64,000 bases of DNA, taken from positions 144,764 through 208,763 of the forward strand of contig JAYPPR010000003.1 of NCBI GenBank assembly GCA_038131595.1, read 5' to 3'. The notes beneath the pieces are model-generated. The model saw only the letters and a program-made list of their open reading frames with translations. It had not been told where the DNA came from and searched no databases. Source of the stretch: Gammaproteobacteria bacterium (GTDB lineage: Bacteria > Pseudomonadota > Gammaproteobacteria > Pseudomonadales > Azotimanducaceae). A program made the position numbers and the translations under genes. Shown here in pieces: positions 18,268 to 26,945 of the stretch. The first letter of the stretch is position 1, and the number at the start of each line of letters is the position of its first letter.

Positions 18268-20219
18268 AGATCATCCTCGGGCAAACGGAGCGCGACTAAC
18301 TCACCGATGGCGCCAGGTCCAGCAACCGCGGCAATGATGTATTGCTTGCCTTTGTGCGCGTAGGTCATTGGCGCAGTGTTTGTCGTCGCTGGTAGCGGGA
18401 TCACTCCCACTTCCTCCCCAGTGAGTTTATCGACCGCATGCAGGAACGGATCGCCTCTTCTTCCCTCGCCGTAAAGCAACAAGGATTTAGTGACCAGTAT
18501 CGTTGCGTGGGATCGTTTACCGGTTCTCGGCAGATCAACTCCAGCGAGCGCCGGGTGATTCTTCACCTTATCTGGCGTATCCCCGTTGGGAATATTCCAA
18601 ATGATGTCGCCCTTGTTCAAATCATAAGCCACGATACTGCCGTAGGGGGGCTTGAAGAGTTCGAGCCCTTGAGGCCCACGAATGCCGCCGGGACCCAGCG
18701 ACACATAGCCGGCGTTACTGTTTTTTTCCTCACCAGGTACCAGTGATATGACACTGTGCCCGCGCTCGGTCGCCACAAAAAATAAGCCAAGCTCTGGATC
18801 CGTTGCCGACCCGCCTGGAATATTTGCACCTCCGTTGGCACCTGGCATCACGAAGGCACCCTTTGTGCCGTCTGGGTCTTTAGCCAGCGATGGCGGGGTA
18901 AAAAGCGGACCCATCCGGTATTCGCTCGCGAGCTCGATTGCTTCAGCCCTAAGCTCCGGAGTGAAGTCGATCAGATCATCCTGGGTCGTCCCTTGAAGTT
19001 CAAAGGGTGGCAGATGGGTGACAAAAGGTTGGGTTTTGCTGAGAACTTCGCCAGGGACATCGCTCGCTGCAACCTCGCGTTCCTCAATTGGCCAAATAGG
19101 TTCTCCAGTGGCGCGATTAAATGCGTAAAGCCAACCCTGCTTGGTTGACTCCACAACAGCAGGGATGGTTTTGCCGTCGACCTCGACATCGAGCAGTTTG
19201 GGAGCGTTCGGATTGTCAAAGTTCCAGACGTCGTGGTGAACCATCTGGAAGTGCCAGACCCGTTGACCTGTTTTCGCATCCAACGCGATGAGGCTGGTAC
19301 CAAATAGGTTGCCGCCAGGGCGGTCGCCGCCGTAATAGTCATTGGTTGGCGTATCCGTTGGGATATAGACCAAGCCCAGGTCAGAATCCGCCGATAGTGG
19401 CGCCCACGCCGAGATGTTACCCGTGTAGCGATAGGCATCTGTCTCCCAGGTGTCATTCCCAAACTCACCTTCTTGCGGGAGGACATTGAACCGCCAAAGC
19501 AGGCGGCCAGTTTTCGCATCGTACCCGCGTACGTGCCCGGGAATATTTTCTTTTTTGCTTGGGTAGTAACCGCGGTCATGGGAGTTACCGACGACGATGA
19601 CATCATTCACGACGATGGGCGGAGAGGAGCTGGTGATGTCGCCAGACGCCAGCACGCCAGTGTCCGCTTCAACAGGGTAATCGCCCAGTCCTAAATGAAG
19701 GTCAACAACCCCATTGATGCCAAACGAACTAATGGGCATCCCTGTGTCAGGGTCGAGGGCGACCATGTAGTAGCCGGGAGTGATGAGATAAAGAACGTCT
19801 TTGTCATCGACTCTGGCGTACGCAAGCCCTTTGCCGTAGTTCTTGCGCGTAGAGGCTTGCCACCGGGGATTCTCCGGCATGCGCCACATCCATAATGTTT
19901 CGCCCGTTTCCGGCTCGATGGCGACGACTGTCCGCCTCTGACCCGCCACCGTATAGAGTCGTCCTTTGATGTAAAGTGGAGTCGCGCGATAGATGTAGTC
20001 GGGACTCGGTCCGAAATTGTCGCTTTTCCACCGCCAGGCAATCTCTAGATCGCCAAAATTGCTTCGGTCGATCAGATCGAGAGGTGAATAGCGCGAGCTC
20101 CTCTCATCGCCCCCCCAATACCGCCATTCTCCTTGCTCTGTACCCTCTGGCGCACCTTGGCTGATCCAGGGATAAAGTAAACACGCAATCAAAAACAGTC
20201 GGACGAATGGTTGTGCCAT
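18264..20219 (-). CDS. PQQ-dependent dehydrogenase (glucose/quinate/alcohol quinoprotein beta-propeller family), exported
   Basis: The signal peptide is MAQPFVRLFLIACLLYPWISQGA. Tryptophan-docking repeats are present. The segment IALDAKTGQRVWHFQMVHHDVWNFDNPNAPKLLDV parallels the HHDLWDMD region of membrane glucose dehydrogenase as I remember it. Confidence 0.9.
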   Translation of the reverse strand: MAQPFVRLFLIACLLYPWISQGAPEGTEQGEWRYWGGDERSSRYSPLDLIDRSNFGDLEIAWRWKSDNFGPSPDYIYRATPLYIKGRLYTVAGQRRTVVAIEPETGETLWMWRMPENPRWQASTRKNYGKGLAYARVDDKDVLYLITPGYYMVALDPDTGMPISSFGINGVVDLHLGLGDYPVEADTGVLASGDITSSSPPIVVNDVIVVGNSHDRGYYPSKKENIPGHVRGYDAKTGRLLWRFNVLPQEGEFGNDTWETDAYRYTGNISAWAPLSADSDLGLVYIPTDTPTNDYYGGDRPGGNLFGTSLIALDAKTGQRVWHFQMVHHDVWNFDNPNAPKLLDVEVDGKTIPAVVESTKQGWLYAFNRATGEPIWPIEEREVAASDVPGEVLSKTQPFVTHLPPFELQGTTQDDLIDFTPELRAEAIELASEYRMGPLFTPPSLAKDPDGTKGAFVMPGANGGANIPGGSATDPELGLFFVATERGHSVISLVPGEEKNSNAGYVSLGPGGIRGPQGLELFKPPYGSIVAYDLNKGDIIWNIPNGDTPDKVKNHPALAGVDLPRTGKRSHATILVTKSLLLYGEGRRGDPFLHAVDKLTGEEVGVIPLPATTNTAPMTYAHKGKQYIIAAVAGPGAIGELVALRLPEDDL

Positions 20220-20468
20220 AAATGAGCCACCGCAGTTAAGAAAAGACAGGTTTTCGAGTGTACATGTTTTATGGGTTGGTCACATGCGCCCAACTTAGCC
20301 TACGCTGAAGGCACGGAATGTTAGCCAATGGGTTCGCTAGGACTTGGCTAAGGGGTCTCCTGGGCGCTGAAGGAGAGGTTGCCAATGTGAGCGGTCAAGG
20401 AACGGATAGATGAGGTTTAAAAGGCTATTCCACAGGGAGACGAACACTCGGTGAGCAGGCGGTAAGAG

Positions 20469-20494
20469 CCCAGTAGGCATCCCTGCCTGCTGGG
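20469..20494 (-). terminator. 11-bp-stem hairpin between MBL gene stop and PQQ-DH start (no clear U-tract)
   Basis: The sequence is cccagtaggca tccc tgcctgctggg, with one G.U pair. It could be a terminator or an RNA-processing structure. Confidence 0.3.
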
Positions 20495-20523
20495 TGGTTC
20501 GTTAGTGCTCGTTTGATTAGACG

Positions 20524-21552
20524 CTAAGCGATCAGCGATTGATAGCGAAAGTGTTCACCATCATAGGTGCGTGCCAAGCTGCCTCGAGTCATCAGACAAT
20601 GGATGTGCGCCACCGCCTCTCCGACGGCCATGAACAGGGCATGGTGCTCGAGCTTGCGATCAAAAAGCGCCGGTACGAGATCGATCGCAGTTGACGGGGT
20701 CTGACAACCGTCGAGAACGATTTGCATTCTGTGCTCATGATGGTCAGTCAGTTCTTGCAGGCGATACTGAACGCCATAGAAAGGTTCGTTGTGGGCAGGC
20801 AGAATGAGCGTGTCATCAGGGATCCGGGCGGCAAATTTTTCGTGCGACGCCAACCAGTCCGAAAGCGGATCGGCTAACGGCTCGGTAGGATGGACCGACA
20901 CGTTGGATGTGATGACCGGCAGTATTTGATCCCCAGAGATGAGCAATCGGGCTTTTTCGGAGTACAGGCAGACGTGCTCCGGCGAGTGGCCAGAACCAAT
21001 AATGACTTCCCAGTCGTGCTCGCCGATGGTTAATTGCTGGCCATCGCGCAGTCGCTCGTACGAGGATGGAATTGGGTGGTCCTCCGGTTCCGGCGCGAAT
21101 TGGCTTCTCATCTCGCTCATTGCATCCATCATCGACTGCGTGATGCCGCTTTTTAAGAAAAAGTCAGAGGTATGCCATGACCCTTTGTCTTGCATCGAAT
21201 AGTGCATGACCCGCGCTTGGTAGTACTCGCCGTAACTCATCGCCAGTGGGGCTCGGTGCTCAGTGGATAGAAACCCGGCTTGCCCAGTGTGATCAGGATG
21301 CATGTGCGTGCAAAGGATTCGCTCAACGGGCTTGCCCTTCAGGTGAGTATCGGCAATTTGCTGCCACAGTGATCGGGTTTCTGGTCCGCGAATACCGGTA
21401 TCAATGATGGTCCAACCCGTACCGCTTTCAAGAAGGTAAAGGTTGATGTGATTAAGGCTCATAGGGAGCGGCATGCGAAGCCAATAGACGGCTGGTGCAA
21501 CCTCGATCAGTTCGCCAGGCTCGGGCGTTTTGCCAAAAGGGTAGGTAATCAT
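20524..21552 (-). CDS. MBL-fold metallo-hydrolase
   Basis: The HxHxDH motif is present (CTHMHPDHTG), followed by later His/Asp ligands (GHSPEH). Confidence 0.8.
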   Translation of the reverse strand: MITYPFGKTPEPGELIEVAPAVYWLRMPLPMSLNHINLYLLESGTGWTIIDTGIRGPETRSLWQQIADTHLKGKPVERILCTHMHPDHTGQAGFLSTEHRAPLAMSYGEYYQARVMHYSMQDKGSWHTSDFFLKSGITQSMMDAMSEMRSQFAPEPEDHPIPSSYERLRDGQQLTIGEHDWEVIIGSGHSPEHVCLYSEKARLLISGDQILPVITSNVSVHPTEPLADPLSDWLASHEKFAARIPDDTLILPAHNEPFYGVQYRLQELTDHHEHRMQIVLDGCQTPSTAIDLVPALFDRKLEHHALFMAVGEAVAHIHCLMTRGSLARTYDGEHFRYQSLIA

Positions 21553-21624
21553 CGCGCTCTAGGAAAATCTACGAACCGCGATAGTACATGAATTCGGCAT
21601 GATGCGCCGAACTGAAGACTTCGC

Positions 21625-22476
21625 TTAAGTCGCGAGCCAGTACCCTCGCTCTGAGTGCTTGATGTAACCCGCCGTTGGCGTGGGAAAATGTGTCCCGATG
21701 ATGAGCACGTCGGTGTCTGAATACGTGTTCATCAAGTGCTCTCTGGTTTGCGTCGAGGCGGTTTGGTCGAAATCAGCATTGCTAGCCCAATCTAAGTGCT
21801 CGATCTGGCAAGGATGATGAATGCAATCACCCGTGATTAACGCTTCTTGGCCCTGTGATTCGATATGGATACTGACATGGCCTGGCGTGTGCCCAGGGGT
21901 TGGCTCCAAGCGAACCTCAGGGCAAATCTGGTGGGTGAGATCTACCAGGTCGGCAAGGCCATGCTCGAAGATCGGGCGGACAGAGTCGTCCATGATGTTG
22001 TCGGCATCATTGGGATCGGCCTCGCGGTCCCAATATTCAAATTCCTCTTTGGCGATGAGATAACGAGCATTGGGAAAGGTAGGTATCCATTGGCCATCCA
22101 CTAGCATCGTGTTCCAACCGACATGATCGACGTGAAGATGCGTGCAGAGTACGGTATCGATGGTTTCTCTCGGGTAGCCCGCCTTCTCCAGGTCCTCCAA
22201 GAAGGGAAGCTGGAGATGGCTCCAGGTAGGAATCGATCGAGATTTGTCGTTGCCAATACAGGTGTCAACGATGATGCGTTGACTGGGCGTGTCAACAACG
22301 AGGGCATGAACGCTCATGATGAGCTTTCCCTCCGCAGTCGCAAAATGCGGCACCATCCATTCCATATCCTCGATGGCCGAGGGCGTTGCCTGAGGCAGAA
22401 TGAAACGGGTGCCCCCGGTGATTTCCATTTCGATGACTCGAGTGATCGTCACGTCGCCTACTTGCCAGATATTCAT
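21625..22476 (-). CDS. MBL-fold metallo-hydrolase (N-acyl-homoserine-lactonase-like subgroup)
   Basis: HLHVDHVGW and TPGHTPGH are present. The size and pattern resemble AttM/AiiB-type lactonases. The substrate is unknown. Confidence 0.8.
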   Translation of the reverse strand: MNIWQVGDVTITRVIEMEITGGTRFILPQATPSAIEDMEWMVPHFATAEGKLIMSVHALVVDTPSQRIIVDTCIGNDKSRSIPTWSHLQLPFLEDLEKAGYPRETIDTVLCTHLHVDHVGWNTMLVDGQWIPTFPNARYLIAKEEFEYWDREADPNDADNIMDDSVRPIFEHGLADLVDLTHQICPEVRLEPTPGHTPGHVSIHIESQGQEALITGDCIHHPCQIEHLDWASNADFDQTASTQTREHLMNTYSDTDVLIIGTHFPTPTAGYIKHSERGYWLAT

Positions 22477-22687
22477 TGATGGCTTCTCCTGCCTATTTGA
22501 TCGTTGAGCATGATGCTTGGTGTCGGCTCTGCGAGCCCAACTAAAGACTCAGGACTCGTTACCTTAAAAAAGACTGAGCGCTGTTGACTGTACCCGCATT
22601 CATTCCGCCGCTGTTGATGGCCCGTAGCCTTCTCCTGATCGGGGCGGGTTAGACTGCGGCCCTCGGCCTGAAATATCGAGTCGTATC

Positions 22688-22712
22688 AAAAAATACCCTG
22701 ATCGATCGGGTA
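22688..22712 (-). terminator. Rho-independent terminator of the small Cys4 ORF
   Basis: On the minus strand, tacccgatcgatcagggta is followed by tttttt, starting 15 nt after the stop at 22727. Confidence 0.6.
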
Positions 22713-22726
22713 AGTTCAATGAATAA

Positions 22727-22930
22727 TCAATCCGTGCCGCTTGGTGCGAGATTTGCGCTCTGCTGTTGCTTCAACAGTTCCGTCCTCGCGAGGCTGCACA
22801 CGGCTCCGCAGTAGGCCTCGGGTCGTTGGCTAAAGTACAGATGCCGGAGTTCGGGGATTTGGGGTGTGGTCTCGTAGGCGCTTACACCGACCGGTTGACC
22901 ACAGTGATCACACGTGCGTTTGCTCGGCAT
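22727..22930 (-). CDS. small hypothetical protein with two Cys pairs (CxxC ... CxxxC), possible zinc ribbon
   Basis: The translation is MPSKRTCDHCGQP...YCGAVCSL. A GGAG lies 8 nt upstream of the ATG, and the gene has its own terminator downstream. Confidence 0.5.
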   Translation of the reverse strand: MPSKRTCDHCGQPVGVSAYETTPQIPELRHLYFSQRPEAYCGAVCSLARTELLKQQQSANLAPSGTD

Positions 22931-23001
22931 GATAAGTCTCCGTCCGTGCCGCTAGTCCCACGATGTGGGGTGTTTGATGATTGTCGTTCTGTGAGCCCCT
23001 T

Positions 23002-23121
23002 CACATAAAAAGCGACATAAAGAGCCAAATAAAAGGTCACACAAAAAGCTATACAAAAAGCTATCTGAGAAGCTGTACCAAAGACTCCGCAGAAAGCGAT
23101 AAAGAGCGCTATACAGAAATG
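23002..23121. repeat. ten degenerate 12-bp tandem units with phased A-tract (consensus approx YAYAYAAAAAGC)
   Basis: Read directly: cacataaaaagc / gacataaagagc / caaataaaaggt / cacacaaaaagc / tatacaaaaagc / tatctgagaagc / tgtaccaaagac / tccgcagaaagc / gataaagagcgc / tatacagaaatg. Confidence 0.65.
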
Positions 23122-24155
23122 GAGTGGACCAAATCGGTCGCCTCAGCCAAGGATTCAGTGCGCTCTTTCCAATTGGTACCAGTCGTGCTCACGCGGAGTG
23201 TCGTTACTCCAACCGCAGCGTAGGCTCGGATCCGCTCGATCACCATCTCGCGAGTGCCAATGAGGTTGGTCTTAAGCACCATTTCATCGGGCACGGCGCG
23301 AATAGCTTCTTCTTTCTTGCCATCGACCCACAGGGACTGAACTTTCTTTGCCTCGGCTTCATACCCTGCACGACTAAACGCGTCGTTGTAAAAGTTCGTT
23401 TGCGCTGAGCCCATTCCCCCTAGGGTAAATGCCATCGCAGGACGTCTAGCTTCGATTAACCGTTCTACATCCTCGCTAATTTCGAGGCTGCCACCCACTT
23501 GAATATCTAAATCCGAAAGCGATCGGCCAGATTTTTCCAGTCCTCGCTGAAGCGGCGCCATAAATACATCAGCATGCTCTGGTACGAAGGACGTACCGAT
23601 CCAACCGTCTGCGAGCTCGCCAGTCAGTTCCATCGCCTTTGGTCCGAGCGTGGCAAGGTAAATGGGAAGGTCCGGCGCGGGCGGCTGCGACAAACGAATG
23701 GGTTTACCCTCGCCGCCAGGCCTTGGTAGCACATAGTGCTCGCCATCATAAGCGACTCGTTCGCTGCGTAGCCCCATTTGGATGATTTCAACGCACTCGC
23801 GAAGCCGAGAGAGGGGTTTTGCAAAGGATGCGCCATGAAGGCCCTCTACGACCTGAGGGCCGCTGACTCCGAGGCCTAGAACGAATCGGTTATTCGACAC
23901 CGTTCGAAGGCTTTGGGCCGTCATAGCGATCATCGGCGGCACGCGGGAGCTAATTTGTATGATTCCGGTGCCTAGCTTGATGTGCTGGGTCTTCGCAGCG
24001 ATATAGGCGAGTGGAACAACAGCATCCATACCCCACGCTTCAGCCGACCAGACATAGTCCACGCCCATGCTGTCGGCCGCCATGGTGTATTGCACCAATT
24101 CTTGCCAGTCCTCACCGTTGTAATAGGCGCTACCAATACCAATGCCTACTTTCAT
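23109..24155 (-). CDS. LLM-class (luciferase-like) flavin/F420-dependent oxidoreductase, paralog of 9028..10044
   Basis: LGLGVSGPQVVEGLHGASFAKPLSRLRECVEII is nearly identical in pattern to the 9028 gene. Confidence 0.85.
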   Translation of the reverse strand: MKVGIGIGSAYYNGEDWQELVQYTMAADSMGVDYVWSAEAWGMDAVVPLAYIAAKTQHIKLGTGIIQISSRVPPMIAMTAQSLRTVSNNRFVLGLGVSGPQVVEGLHGASFAKPLSRLRECVEIIQMGLRSERVAYDGEHYVLPRPGGEGKPIRLSQPPAPDLPIYLATLGPKAMELTGELADGWIGTSFVPEHADVFMAPLQRGLEKSGRSLSDLDIQVGGSLEISEDVERLIEARRPAMAFTLGGMGSAQTNFYNDAFSRAGYEAEAKKVQSLWVDGKKEEAIRAVPDEMVLKTNLIGTREMVIERIRAYAAVGVTTLRVSTTGTNWKERTESLAEATDLVHSISV

Positions 24156-24302
24156 CCCGCGTCCCCTTAAAAAAATATCAACCTAAAAAAATGCACCATG
24201 CCAGAAGACAGGGGGCTCCGTCTACTTCGAGTCGTCGAGGCATGCTTCGAGTTGCTCTAAGTGCTGACGGTCCGTTAGATTGGCAGCCGTGCGGAGGAGA
24301 TT

Positions 24303-25457
24303 GTGATGCCCGAACAGTTACCCCAGGCCATTGAGGCAGTGATCATTGAGGCTCGTCAATTTTTAGTCGATGAAATTGATAGCAGGCGCGCATCTATTCA
24401 CGAGAGCGATGTTGACGTGGAATCTTCGCGACAACTTCATCGGGAAGTGAGAGAGGCATCCAAACGTGCTGGGTTTTTTCAAAAAACCCAACCGGCAGAG
24501 TTCGGCGGAAATCCTGCGAGTTGTCTTGAGCTCACAGTCCTTCGCGAGCTTTGGGCAAAGGCGAATACGCCGCTCACAAGATCTATTTTTGGTCCAGGGC
24601 CTGGATTGCTTCACGAGGCAGAGGGACTCCTCAAAACCCACTATCTTGATCCAGTGATAGCGGGTGATAAGCGCGGGGCTTTTGGATTTACCGAACCCGA
24701 TGATGCACCGAGGCCGACCTGGGCAGTACTCCATGATGGGAAGCTCACCATCTATGGTCAGAAATCGTACGTCACCGGCGGTGCAACCGCTGACTTTCTC
24801 TCGATTTTGGTCAATGTTGAAGATCCAGCCGGCGCCAAATTGGGAACTGCCATGGTGGTCGTCGACCGGGATGCCGATGGCGTCGTGATCGATCGGACCT
24901 TTTCATCGATGGAAGGTGGCGGCCATGCAGCTTTTCGGTTTGAGGGCGCGGAGGTCCCTTCATGGCAATTGGTTGGAAAGCTTGGCGAGGGCATGCCGCG
25001 CGCGCTCGCGAATATCCAGAATGTCAGGCTGATGGTTGCGGCTGAGGCTTGTGGTATTTGTTTGTGGACGCTGGAATATCTCGCCGAGCAGCTACAACTG
25101 CCGCATCGAAGTGGAGAGTCGCTATCAGCGAGAGAGGGGGTGAGATTGCGTTATGCGGATCTTCGGATTGAGACCTACGCTGCGCGCAGCATGCTGTATC
25201 GGGTCGCGCGGCTAGTGGACTCAGGCGAGAACGCTGTGAATGAAGTGATCAGCGCAAAGGTATTTTGCACGGAACTCGTTGGTCGGGTGGTGGATACCGC
25301 TGTCCAGTTAGTGGGCGGTAGTGCGCTCGTCACTGGGCATCCGCTTGAGCATCTGTACCGAAAGGTTCGTTCAATGCGACTCATCGAAGGGGCAAACGAT
25401 TTATTGCGGTTAAATTTAACCAAGGGATTTTTTGATCTAGGGAAGGGGAGTCTATAA
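24303..25457 (+). CDS. acyl-CoA dehydrogenase family protein
   Basis: ACAD pattern is present (FGFTEPD, KSYVTGGA, C-terminal QLVGGSALVTGHPLEHLYR). Confidence 0.85.
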   Translation: MMPEQLPQAIEAVIIEARQFLVDEIDSRRASIHESDVDVESSRQLHREVREASKRAGFFQKTQPAEFGGNPASCLELTVLRELWAKANTPLTRSIFGPGPGLLHEAEGLLKTHYLDPVIAGDKRGAFGFTEPDDAPRPTWAVLHDGKLTIYGQKSYVTGGATADFLSILVNVEDPAGAKLGTAMVVVDRDADGVVIDRTFSSMEGGGHAAFRFEGAEVPSWQLVGKLGEGMPRALANIQNVRLMVAAEACGICLWTLEYLAEQLQLPHRSGESLSAREGVRLRYADLRIETYAARSMLYRVARLVDSGENAVNEVISAKVFCTELVGRVVDTAVQLVGGSALVTGHPLEHLYRKVRSMRLIEGANDLLRLNLTKGFFDLGKGSL

Positions 25458-25459
25458 CC

Positions 25460-26770
25460 ATGAGTCAGGACCAAAACAAAGAACAAAATATGCGTCGTGT
25501 GGCGCTGACCTCGCTGGCTGGCACCAGCATCGAGTGGTATGACTTTTTCCTCTACGGAACTGCAGCTGCGGTCATTTTTCCAAAGGCGTTTTTCCCTCAG
25601 GATCTACCGCCGATGGTGCTGCTTATTATTTCCTTTAGTACATTTGCTGTCGGATTTATTGCGCGTCCGCTCGGAGGACTGATTTTTGGACACTTCGGAG
25701 ACCGGGTAGGCCGTAAGCGCACCCTGGTGGTTGCATTGATGATGATGGGTGCAGCAACCACTTTGATTGGCTTGCTCCCGACCTACGCGGCAATCGGGGT
25801 CGCTGCGCCGCTAATTTTAGTACTGCTTCGGTTTGTGCAAGGGCTTGCCATTGGAGGACAGTGGGGCGGCGCGATGCTTTTGGTCACCGAGAGTGCACCA
25901 GCTGATCAGCGAGGATGGTACGGGGCTTATGCGCAAGCAGGAGCACCCGTCGGCGTTATCTTGGCCAATCTCGCCTTCATTGGGGTCAGTAGCTCGATGA
26001 GCGAGGAGGCGTTCATGGACTGGGGGTGGCGATTGCCGTTTATTGCGAGCATCGTTCTCATTGGCATCTCCATGTACGTGCAGCTCCGTCTGGAAGACAC
26101 CGAGGCGTTCAAAGCGTTGCAGGAATCCCAAGATGGCGAAGCGAGTGATCAGCCCATTGCTTCGTCGCCCGTGGTTGAAGCCATTCGCAAATACCCCAAG
26201 CGGATTATGCTCGCTGCTGGAGCCTTTTTGTCTGTGCAGGTGACCTTCTATATTTTGATCGCGTTCATCATTGCGTACGGTGTCACTGCACCTGAGCTCG
26301 CTTTATCCAGAGACACGATGCTAACTGCGGTTCTCATCGCCGCAGCGATTATGGTGCCGTCCCAGTTTTATTTCTCGGGGCTCTCGGATCGCGTCGGTCG
26401 CAAACAGATTTATCGGTGGGGTGCGATTTTGACTGGGCTTTGGGGGTTTGCGTTGTTCCCATTGATCAACACGGGTGAACCGCTGATGATCGTCATCGCT
26501 GTGACACTAGGGCTTACGTTTTTGGGCATGCAGTATGGTCCCCAGGCCGCGTACTTCACCGAGCTCTTTACTACCGAGGTTCGTTACTCGGGTGCATCGC
26601 TCGGTTACCAGATCGGCGCTATTTTGGGCGGAGCGTTAGCGCCGACTATCGCGGTGCTACTCTGGAACGAGCTCGGTATTTTTTATGTGTCCGTTTACAT
26701 ACTCATAGCCGCAATTCTGACGCTACTGTCGCTGTCGGCTCTGGAGGAAACGAAAGGGCGTACACTCTAG
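25460..26770 (+). CDS. MFS transporter (metabolite:H+ symporter, MHS-like)
   Basis: It has 12-TM hydrophobicity. GTSIEWYDFFLYG and GHFGDRVGRKRTL are typical of the ProP/KgtP/ShiA-type MHS family. Confidence 0.85.
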   Translation: MSQDQNKEQNMRRVALTSLAGTSIEWYDFFLYGTAAAVIFPKAFFPQDLPPMVLLIISFSTFAVGFIARPLGGLIFGHFGDRVGRKRTLVVALMMMGAATTLIGLLPTYAAIGVAAPLILVLLRFVQGLAIGGQWGGAMLLVTESAPADQRGWYGAYAQAGAPVGVILANLAFIGVSSSMSEEAFMDWGWRLPFIASIVLIGISMYVQLRLEDTEAFKALQESQDGEASDQPIASSPVVEAIRKYPKRIMLAAGAFLSVQVTFYILIAFIIAYGVTAPELALSRDTMLTAVLIAAAIMVPSQFYFSGLSDRVGRKQIYRWGAILTGLWGFALFPLINTGEPLMIVIAVTLGLTFLGMQYGPQAAYFTELFTTEVRYSGASLGYQIGAILGGALAPTIAVLLWNELGIFYVSVYILIAAILTLLSLSALEETKGRTL

Positions 26771-26945
26771 CGGCCTGAATTCACAGGAAGAGAGCGCCCC
26801 TGGCCCGGGGCCGATTTGCCCGGTGGTTAAGTGAACTTGATCAAAGCACAGCATTGCTGATTCGCGAAAAGAGTGATGAGCACGCGACGCTTGTGGTCAG
26901 TGGCAATCCCAGATGGTTGTTTTCACGAAGGCGGGCCCAGCAACC

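Noticed and set aside
18971-19606. 211-aa ORF in an alternative frame inside the PQQ dehydrogenase gene
   Set aside because: It is on the same strand as the 651-aa quinoprotein but out of frame. It has no motifs, and the long gene fully explains the region.
22981-23223. 80-aa plus-strand ORF with a 4-aa periodicity (IKSD IKSQ IKGH TKSY TKSY)
   Set aside because: The periodicity is a by-product of the 12-bp DNA repeat. The ORF runs antisense into the 3' end of the LLM gene and lacks an SD.
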